This document shows positions 51,032 through 61,028 of a stretch of DNA of 64,000 bases, in pieces. This DNA is from Raillietiella orientalis (Eukaryota). The notes beneath the pieces are model-generated. The model ran no database searches, was not told the origin of the DNA, and saw only the letters and a list, made by a program, of their open reading frames with translations. Within the stretch, counting starts at the first letter, position 1. Each line of letters begins with the position of its first letter. Both the position numbers and the translations under genes were made by a program. Location of the stretch: contig JAYWIR010000021.1 in the NCBI GenBank assembly GCA_036172245.1, positions 3,162,001 to 3,226,000 on the forward strand, in the 5' to 3' direction.

Positions 51032-54000
51032 ATGGAAGACATATTTTATTGGTGTCGTGAAGGAAATGCATTTCAAGTTCGAGTATGGCTAGATGATACA
51101 GAAAATGATTTAAATCAGGGGTAATCTTGTCTAATTATTTTTATTTTTGATGATAATATTAACTTGTGTCATTAAAATTTCAAAAAATTTCCAGAATTTG
51201 GGGAAAATCTTCCTTAGTATAGACAAGATACACTCAATAGATTCATCTAAAGTACGCTTAATATTAGAATTGAAAAGTTCATTTTATTAGTTGATATTGA
51301 ACTCTAGACAAATAAAACGAACTCATTTTTAGTATTTTTTAAAATACTTAAGCTAGTGTATGTGGATGGGTTTGCATTATGTGTATCATTTCCCCTTGAT
51401 AAAACCAGTATCGTAAAGTATGTATCACGTAGAGGGGATAATGGAGTATTCAGATAGAAGCATTAATTATAGTATTCGTAAAACTGGCCATTTATAATAA
51501 AAAGCCTTAAATCAAAGTGAACTCTTGCATTACCACCCATATGACCTACATCCTATGCCTTTGCTTGGCTATAAGAAAAATTGATCATTAGAATTAAATA
51601 TTGATTCAGCTGATTCGTTTACTAGTAAGGGAAATAATAATAAGTATAAAGAATCAAAAGGATTTATGAGTAACGTGGTTTATCAATTTGAGAATGTTCG
51701 GAGTACCAGTATTCTTTTACTTGATTCCCATAAGTTCCATTATGTATTTTTCTGTTGAGTTTACGTTACAATTGGCACTCCCTTTCAAGTGTAGGCTTTA
51801 TAGCTTTAGAACATGCAGCTGTTTCTAAGGCTGTGCTGTTTAAGAAATTTTAGGTGCCCAAACAAAAGTAGTTGTATTTTTAATTTTGCAAATTTTGGTT
51901 TGTTTACTCTGAATATTGGTTTTATGAGAATAGTAATTAGCAGTGATAGAGTTTATTATAATGCTTATTTGGAATTTTGAAATTTAGTGATGATCATCAG
52001 TTCAGTCCCCTACATTGGGCAGCCAGAGAAGGCCGCACCAATATTGTTGAAATGCTGATTCAAAGAGGAGCCAGGGTAAATGCGACCAATAAAGGAGATG
52101 ACACTGCATTGCACCTTGCTGCAGCTCATGGCCATAGAGATATTGTTAATATGGTATATTGAAATTCCAAGTAATAGTTGTGAATAAGTAGTGGTGTGCA
52201 TTTTAACTCATGTGGTTTTGTTTCCATATTTTTTGAGTTTGATTGCACAAATTTTGAAGGAGATTATTTCATTTGCAAATAATATTAGTATGACATGTAT
52301 GTATTGCATGCATAATGCAAACTTTGTTTGAAATAGGCATTTTGTTACTCTCTTTAATAAAATACTTGCGACTGTGGTCATAGTTTTTTTTGCCTTTTTT
52401 TTTCTTTTTCTCAAACATTGCTAGTTCTCAAATTCCATGTTACTTCAGAAACTGGAAGCTCATGTTGAACAATGCAGGTAAAAATTTTCAGTTTGGCCTT
52501 AAGTAAGCAATGAGGAGAAAGAGAAATGTTTTCAAACAACTTTTTTTAAAAAAAAACTTTTTTTGAAAGTGCACTTATGTATAGTTTTTAAAAAGGCAAC
52601 CAGTCTTTGTGCAGAATTTATTTTTCATGTTGAGTAAAGGTTCATGTACAGTGAATTACAAGAACATGAGTTTGTCTGTTTCTGTTTTCCCAAGTCATGA
52701 CTGACCTTTTTGAAAATGCTTGTCCATGTCTACATGTATTGTTAATTTGCAAATGAGCCCTAATGTTAAAATTAGTCATATGCATTTTAGCTGCTTAAAA
52801 ATAAAGCAGACCTCAACTTTATCAATGAACATGGCAACTCACCTCTGCATTATGCCTGTTTCTGGGACTACCAAAGTATTGCAGAAGACCTTGTTAATAA
52901 TGGTGCTCTTGTATCAATTGCAAATAAAAGGGGTGAAATTCCTCTTGACAAATGCAAAGGTGGCTTAGCAAAAGTCTTACATGGTAAAATTCCTCCCAAG
53001 TTTATAAAAACCTGTCTCTGAGATTATTTCAATTCATAAGTTGGTGTTGCAGCTTGTGAGCTTCAAATCACCAAAAGGCAAATTCATTTGCAATTTCCCA
53101 GTTTCATACAAAATTATTGCATTTCAGATTTGGCCTTAGAAAATGGGCAAGATTTAAAAAAAATTGCAATTGAGAATCCCAATTGGATGAGTTTAAAAAC
53201 CAGGAGCAGTAAGCGCAAGGTTTTTAAGTTTTAAATTTTAACGTATGACTAGGGGATCCTACACTGTCAAGACATCGTAGTATTAATTTAGATGATGTAG
53301 AGTTGGATAGCAAAATATTTGAGAGGAATGCCAAGCAGGTTTGGCATGGTTACTGGCAGAAGAATGAGATTGTTGCAAAAGTCCTCAGTTTCTCCCGAGA
53401 TTCATTCATCCCTCGCATTTCGCGGGATTTCAATGAAGAATTTCCAAAGCTAAGGTAAGGTAGATCTTGATATTCATTGAATAACTAATCAGTAACTGAT
53501 TTACCTAGGATTTTCTCTCACCCCAATATTCATCCAGTCATTGGGTGCTGTGTCGACCCACCCAATTTATATATCATTAGTTTATATATGAAACGAGGCT
53601 CCTTATATAACATATTACATGGAAATACCAGTTTGGTGGTGGATACAGCACAATCAGTGCAGTTTGCCTCAGATGTAGCTCGTGGCATGGCTTTTCTGCA
53701 TAGTTTGGAAAAGAACATTTTTGGCTTTTATCTTAACAGTAAACATGTCATGGTAGGTGAGGTACTTGTCAAGCTGCAGAATATTATTAGGATTTACAAT
53801 AAGGTTGATGAAGATTGCACAGCAAAGATTAGTATGGCTGATGCTAAATTCAGCTTTCAAGACAAGCACAGGATCTATGATCCCCAGTGGTTAGCTCCTG
53901 AAGGTCAGCATTCTACTTGGATGTTAAATCAATGCCTAGATAGCATTGCAGAGAAAACCAACGGAAATTAATGTGAAGGCAGCAGACATGTGGAGCTTTG

Positions 54001-54271
54001 CTGTCCTACTTTGGGAATTGGCAACTAGAGAAGTCCCTTTCGCTGATTTATCACCTATGGAAGCAGGAATGAATGTATGAGAATGTTGTACAACCTTTTT
54101 GAGTTGCTATTTGGATATTAGATTGCCTTAGAAGGTTACCGGGTACCACTTTCTTTAGGCATTTCGCCACACATGGCCAAATTGATTCGAATTTGCATGA
54201 ATGAAGACCCAGGAAAGAGACCTACGTTTGATATGCTGCTACCCATTTTGGATAAACTGAAGCAGTCCTGA
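51032..54271 (+). CDS. ILK: Integrin-linked kinase (ankyrin repeats plus pseudokinase), 9 coding exons, 451 aa
   Basis: Exons 51032-51120, 51988-52153, 52791-52983, 53128-53208, 53253-53454, 53509-53752, 53804-53903, 53944-54074, 54122-54271, all GT-AG and in phase (1356 nt). The translation [45 protein letters not shown]...[27 protein letters not shown]...[14 protein letters not shown] is collinear with the ILK sequence as I recall it. Confidence 0.98.
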
Positions 54272-54378
54272 TGTGTTCTTGTTTGTATGATTATTAGAAA
54301 ATTTATCTAAAAAAGTTAATGACTAACGTACACTCACCTTTGTGCCAAAGTTAATTTACATGAGTTTTCTTATTGATA

Positions 54379-54384
54379 AATAAA
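54379..54384 (+). promoter_or_regulatory. Probable ILK polyadenylation signal (AATAAA)
   Basis: AATAAA ~108 nt after the ILK stop codon, followed by a T-rich tract. Confidence 0.5.
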
Positions 54385-54518
54385 TATTTTTCTTGCTGGC
54401 TTCAAGATTAATGACACCATAATTGCCAACAGAGGTGGGAGCATTCGATGCTCTTGTTGATCACCACCTTGATATTTGATTTTAATTTTTGTTAAATGGC
54501 ACTTAAAAGCTAGAATTC

Positions 54519-55572
54519 ATGGAAAGTCATGAATGTGATAGTTCATCTTTATGGGGGACATTACCTGCTCAACATGACTGCTTGAGCAATTTGATAGATT
54601 CAAATTGGGAACAAAATATGCAGCCTTTGCTGAAAATGAACCATGTTAAAATGGAAACATTACATAATGAAATGGACACAAGGTAGACTCTAAATAGTGT
54701 ACGATATAAGGTTTAAGTAGTAGTTGTCAGTTGTGTGCAAGAATCAGCCTTGAACATGGACCCCGTGCTACTCCATTCTGTTCAGCTACTCCAGTATATT
54801 AGAGATCTTGAACCTGTTGTCTGTCAACTAGAACATACAGTAAGATAGAATTACGAGGTTTGCAACTGCTTTCTCGATTTTTAGCATCAAAATGTAGGAT
54901 ATATGGATGTACCATATGAAGTGCCCCCTCCACCCCTTCCTATGCCTACTAAGTGCATTGAATTGTGAGTAATTGAAGCATCAGGCATCATAATGGAAAC
55001 AGGTTTTCATCTGAGAAAAATGAGTGTTTGCACAAATCTTTGAATCTGAGTGAAAGTGTATGTCAGTTACTCCTTAGGAAGTCTGTTGCTGCTATTTTTG
55101 CTCATGCAGGATTTGAAAGTAAGTTGTTCTATTAAGATGTTGGACTAGCATTTTTTAGGTAGTTCTGATATAGCACTGAAGATGATGAGTGATATTGCAC
55201 ATGATTATCTCTCCAAATTTACAAAATTGCTTAGAAAGAATTTAGATTTGGAAGCTCTAGAAAAAAGGCGGCCATTTCATGTCAGATACTTAATGAATGT
55301 TTAGTAGCTGATTTTTATTTGTTACAGGATGCAGTTGAGCAAACTTTTCTTGAAATGATTTCATCCGATTTTGCAATGGTAACAAATTTCTACAAAACTG
55401 AGATTCGTGATAAAAATGCTCATTTGCTTCAGCAAAGTCAGCATTTGTATGAGAAATATGTGCTGCTTCGTGATTTTGATGGGACTAAAAATGAAGGGTA
55501 GGTTCAGAAGTTTCTTCACTTAAACTTTATGATTTGATTAGCTCCACCCCCAAAGATGTGTCCGACTTTTAA
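54519..55572 (+). CDS. SUPT7L: STAGA/SAGA complex subunit SUPT7L (STAF65-gamma, Spt7-like histone fold), ~263 aa, 7 exons
   Basis: Exons 54519-54682, 54731-54839, 54885-54964, 55003-55118, 55159-55280, 55328-55497, 55542-55572. The last exon is optional: reading through gives a stop at 55499-55501. Motifs LWGTLP, LLHSVQLLQ, CQLLLRKSVAAIFAHAGFE, DIAHDYLSKFTKLLR and PFHDAVEQTF match SUPT7L (YWGEIP, TIHTIQLIQ, AVATILAHAGFD, DVAHEYCLKFTKLLR, PFPDVMEQVF). Confidence 0.9.
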
Positions 55573-55949
55573 ATTTCTGAGTTAAAAATTTCTCAGGAAA
55601 CTTACCAAGATATATGAGATTGTAACCAATTGTTGAAAACTAAAATATACCATATGTTTTTGTATAATCATCTTATTAGGTCTGTTAAACAGCAATGTTA
55701 TTAACACTTAGACTTATTTTTTGTAAAATTGTTGTTATATTGTTCATTCATTCATGTTATTTCATAAGTCTAAATATGGATATGAATTTATTGATTTTGT
55801 CAATTGTTCATGAAAGAGTATCATGATGCATAAAAAAAATCTGTTAACTTCATGATTAATTATGAAAAACTTACAGCATGAAATGTATCATTGGGCAAAG
55901 TGAGCATAAATTTAAGTTTTAAATAGATGGGTCAACACAAACGAAAAAT

Positions 55950-56800
55950 TTGTAAATTAAATTTCTATTGAAAAAATCAGAGTGGCTACTAGTAGATCAA
56001 TAAATTCATCAAGAACTCACAGGTTCTTACTTGGTAACTGATAGGGAGACATTCGTGAGCATTAGAATTTCAAGATAATAAGCAGATGCAGGAAAACCAC
56101 AGTAACAAGGAAATCACGATGACCCCTTGCTTATTTGTGTTTAGCAATAAAAACTGTGTCATACAAAGGTGCCCATAGCTTCCTTGTTAGATTTGATATG
56201 TATGTGTGTACATATCCTCTGGCAACAACAGATCAGATTATAAAGCTTTATAAGGTTTTTTATCATTTGTTTCATAGATTGGATTTGAGAGCCCATTTGG
56301 GGATCCCAAATGTGCTTTTTGGCCAAAAATTTAGAAACCTGAACCTCGTAATTGTGCCAACATAACATTGCAACAGTTATTGAGACCCAGTTTACATTAG
56401 CTTTGCTTTTCCAGCCAGGATTGCATGTCTCGTTTAGTTGAGATTAGAGATTACTCTTTCCTCTGTCATTATTTTTCGTAGTTGAGATTATATTTGAAAA
56501 CCCAATTGTATTACAAAGGCGAAACTGCATATTCTCTCTGAGAAGCATTCGTGGTGCTCTTCTGAACATGAGTGAAATGCCCCCGTTTCCGCATTATGAA
56601 ATAGAAAACAAAAACTGTTCTCCTTATAGAAGAAATGGAAGAGTTCAATAACTGGTTCACCAAATGCAAACACACAGGTATAACAAAAATACCGAATTCA
56701 GGTGACTGCAAATCTGATGCATGATGGTTCATGCTGTTGTGTTGTTTTCGTCCAAGCTCGCACGCCCTCAATGTGAAAGAGCCTTGTAGTTAGTAGTGTG
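55950..56800 (-). mobile_element. Possible AT-rich LINE RT fragment
   Basis: Weak RT-like remnants: 'GEPVIELFHFF', 'TCNPGWKSKAN' (cf. FxPGRxIxxN) and 'NLIKLYNL..HIKSNKEAMGTF'. Confidence 0.25.
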
Positions 56801-56816
56801 TGGGTTGTGATAGTCA

Positions 56817-56817
56817 T

Positions 56818-56854
<37 letters not shown>

Positions 56855-57750
56855 GTACTGTATTTCGTATATTATAGAAATCATTGCGGTGATGCATTTG
56901 AATGTCATTTGAAACCTTTGCGATTGTGAGTACATTCGAAACTGGAGGAAAGTACGTTTTCCCGATCATTCGAATGGAAGATTTTCGTCGATCTGTATCG
57001 GAGAAATCAGTAGGATCAAACACCTGCGGTCACCGAAGGTCGAAATTTCGGTTCTTTCAAGTCGAACTGAATTATTCCAATCCAATGTCAAAATGCACCG
57101 TGTCGTGTGTGCAACAAGGATGAGATGCCCTATTGCTTTTAACATCGAAGTATGACGGGGCGCTCTCTGCGTTTGTGACCAAATGTTTCGGCCACATATG
57201 CACAGAAAGCTCAGGGCAGCTCGGAGTTTCGATCCCACGTTTTCGCCATGAGCCAAAAAGCACCGAAGTCACCACCACCAGTCCTGTGACGACCACCCGT
57301 GGCACGAATTCAAATCCGTACGTACAACGGGTGGTGGTACATTCGGAGGCTTCATCTCACGACGTCGTTTTCTGTCCGGATAACCGAAAACGCACCGATC
57401 CGTTTCCTGTTCGAAGAATTCACAAGCCCGTGGTGGGAAGTGGTTGGATTGCTTTCGAAGCAAATCTTGGAACAGTTCTTGGAAAGTTTGGGTTTCCCAG
57501 ATTGTGCTGCACCAGTTTGGCACAACACCACGATGGTCCTTGTTCTGAAAATCCCAACACATAAAGCGTTTAGAGCAGACAAAACACTTGTCAGGTGTCT
57601 AACTGACGTGCAAGAACGTTTAAGGGGCATTCCGGTTTTCCGAAATCCGAATACAAAAAAGTACGTCGTAGATGTCATGCGAAGTCATTTCGTCGCTGGC
57701 GGAGGGAACAAGAAAACTGAGACCTACGAATAACCTTCGCAGTAGATACA
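56817..57750 (-). mobile_element. Probable 3' fragment of a LINE with A-tail
   Basis: Higher-GC island between the convergent genes. Minus strand shows 'LRMYHHPLYVR' and 'SFLCICGRNIWSQ' (cf. the LINE C-terminal IW motif). T21 on + at 56817-56837 would be a poly-A tail on -. Confidence 0.35.
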
Positions 57751-58368
57751 ATGCTAGTTATAGAACCCTAACCCTACTATAATGGCTTTAAAAAAAAAAA
57801 ACAAAAAAGACGCATTCATGGCTGCTAAATAGAATTTTAAAATCTCCGGAATGGGGCTGAAAGTCCTGCAAACAATCAAGTTTTTTGCGCACTTTGAGAA
57901 CTGCGAATGCAACAGGGGTCTATAAATGAATTTAAATCATGATGCATAAAATGATTTTATATACAGACATAAATAATAAAAAAATGTTTAAAAAATTAAG
58001 CTATAAAACTAAATTCAAAGCTTTATTAAGAAAATGCAACTTATTCCATTTTGTAAGTTGAACTGTTACATTTGCTCCTCAGAGATCTCTTAATAAAATT
58101 ATGCAATTACATATTCTGTTGCCACATTGAGAAAAATATCAGTTGCTTATATTTTCAAATGGTTGCAATTTATGACAATTCCAATATGTATATTTATGGA
58201 AGATATTCACATCTTACATACTGTCACCAATTTGAAAATATTGTGTAGTAATGCTACCTGCCTGGCTAACAAATGGAAAACAGTATCAAACATTTTTTAG
58301 GTAGCCCAACAAATCAGATACAAAAATAAATTTTCCCAACATCCCAGTTTATAATTTAATTCTACATG

Positions 58369-60703
58369 TCATGTAGCATCCACATCCATTTCCTGTTTGA
58401 CTTCAGCAACATGTTCTTCCTTAAAAGAACACAGATGTTCACTACTTATTGAAGGCAAAGATAGGTTTTCCGGTTTTTGTGACTCCTTCAGCAAATTTTT
58501 TTTCATTCGGCAACGAATGCGCCTTATTTTCTGAGATACTTGCTGTACAAACTTCCTCTAAAGTAATTTTGAAGAGAAATTCTGAACATCTAATCACTTA
58601 CCCAAGGATACATGCCAAATTCAGTACCAATAAATGGAAACTGTTCGTATATTAACTGTCCTAAGAGGTTGTATTGTTCTCTACTCAGTGTTCCATTACG
58701 TAAAACACTGTAATGTGCTGTTTCATTCACCAGTTGAAAGTACACATCTCTCCCATGATATCCTTTGTCAATTCGCTCCAGCAAAATTTTTGAAAATTCC
58801 GGCAGTAAGTATCGACTCTCCTGTTCCTTCAGCCTGCCTACTTTACGTCGTCGCTTTGCAGGCTGATGCTCATGACTTTTAGAGGTAGCAGCCGATAAAT
58901 CTAAACTACCCACTACATCCTTTTCACACTGTTGAGGCACATGATCAGCATGATCATCTTTCATCTTATCAGGGGGCACAGATTTAGGATGTAACATTAC
59001 TAATCCTAAAAAACAAAATGATCTGACATAATAAAAGAGACTCTCATAATAATGAATAATAGGCAAGGAGAATGTTACCTTGGTTAGACACAGCCATATC
59101 AGCATCTTCCAGATCCGTCTGCAAATAATGTTACAATGAAAGAGGAAAGAAATCAAATAACTAACCTGAATAGATTTACCAATTGGTGTGCTACTGGTTT
59201 CTTCATTTTGTATTCTGTCATTGAATGCTAGAACAAACATCAAAAAGAATCATTTAGGAATGCAGTTATTTTATTAATTCATGCTAATTCTTTTTCTAAA
59301 CAAAATACATCACATACAGCAGAATTAAGGTACTTACAGATGTTAGCACAAATGAAAAATGTAAATCAATAAAAAGTTAATTAATAACTTAGGAAGTATT
59401 GTATTACTTGTGCTCAAAACCCCAAAAAGTTATTTGAAGAGTTGTGTTGAATGAAATCAGCATCCTTTCATTTCAATTAGATGCACAATTCAATGATGCA
59501 CCAGAATTTACATTACATACATCCAAGAATTAACCCCATAATAAAACACACAGAATAACAAAATTCAATCTCAAATGCATTCAAAATTAGGCAGTGTAAA
59601 TGAATACAATTGACAATGCATGTCGATAAACATAAATAAAAATACAACTTTCAGAATACAAACTGGAGTAATTGAGGGAAAAATTGCCTTCCTTTTTGAT
59701 AATGTGAAAAACTTTTCAAATTGAATAAAACAAATATCATCAGACATACTCTTCATACTTTTTTTTAAATTGCATGCTATTTAATCAAGTCAATCGCTAA
59801 AATACATGTTTCATGGCAATGTTCCCTTGAAGAAATATTAATGCCTTTAAACACTGTTAATCATTATGCCAGCTGAAATGAGTTCCTCAATTTTTTAAAA
59901 ATGTTGTCCACTGACTTTCTTCAAACTAAGCATCAAACTAATTCAATTTACCATGCACAAAGAACATTGTTGAGCTGCAAATCTGTGAATACTCGATGCA
60001 TGCTTTGTCAAAATTCTTGGATGTTTAAGTATCTCATTAATGAGATACATGATCCAAGTCATTTAAACATATGCAATATAACTAAATTTTTCATACTTTT
60101 TAGCTTCTTACTTGCATGTATATTTCAAAACCTTTTATTCGAATTCGTACTCACAAAAATCAACTTCTGTTTCACATAATCCTTTGATCTTTAATGACTG
60201 AGCTAATTCCAGTAGGTGTTTCACTTCAGAATACGTTACATCAACTTCTCCACAGTACATATATTTGATAAGAGAGCGAAATGTTTTATATGGTACATCC
60301 TTGAGGAAAATTATTGGATGTTTGCAAGGTGTGAGCTAAAAAAAAAATTTTGTTGACACTTGGTAAATTATTCCCATTATTTGAATACTTTACGTTATTT
60401 GTGTGGAATTGAAAAAAAAAGTGGGCAATTTACACACATACTGATTGTTTTTTACAATAATGCATGGGGTCAGGCACTTTAAATACTGAAGTAGAAGTTT
60501 TTCAAAATTGGTATCCATACCTTTAATATTTCCTCAAAATATGGACTCGAAGCCAATAAAACAATTTTATGTGCTTTCACAATTTTTCCTTCACAAGCAA
60601 AACTTACATCGGCTAATAATTCATTTTCAAATAACCTGTTCAATGAATACTTCAAATTTGTCCCATATTCATTCCAGTTTAAACATAATACTGTTTCCTC
60701 CAT
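58369..60703 (-). CDS. Tramtrack/Broad-type BTB/POZ protein, ~352 aa, 6 exons, with a non-zinc-finger helical C-terminal domain
   Basis: Exons (minus) 60703-60521, 60335-60155, 59227-59166, 59118-59079, 59005-58602, 58557-58369; GT-AG, in phase (1059 nt). N-terminus MEETVLCLNWNEYGTNL...[46 protein letters not shown]...YMYCGEVDV...LKIKGL is a classic ttk-type BTB. NLS-like PAKRRRK; SUMO-consensus VKQE near the C-terminus. The middle exons are less certain. Confidence 0.88.
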
Positions 60704-61028
60704 TTTTGCGGATAGCACTTTTAAAAAATATATACTGATACGATTACACAAAAATAAAACCTGACAGCCTATTTGTCTTTTATTATTGTTTACAAAAGGT
60801 ATGCGATGACCACACAAAAAGTCTACCTGTAAACCTCTACACCATTGATATCTGATATTACTACATCATCACTACCATTTTCTACACGTAAGAAATTTAC
60901 GCTGTGCAACAAACAAAAACATGGCATAAGATACATTATGTAAACAAAACGCAACAGGGAGAGCTTCAAATTAAGTAAATAGCAAAACATTTTTCTGTTG
61001 CTGGAACAAACGAAATAAATACTTTTGG

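Noticed and set aside
57299..57733. 144-aa plus-strand ORF as a gene
   Set aside because: No recognisable domain or splice structure; the opposite strand shows weak LINE C-terminal motifs. Not fully excluded.
57764..57775. Telomeric (AACCCT)n repeat
   Set aside because: Only two units, consistent with chance.
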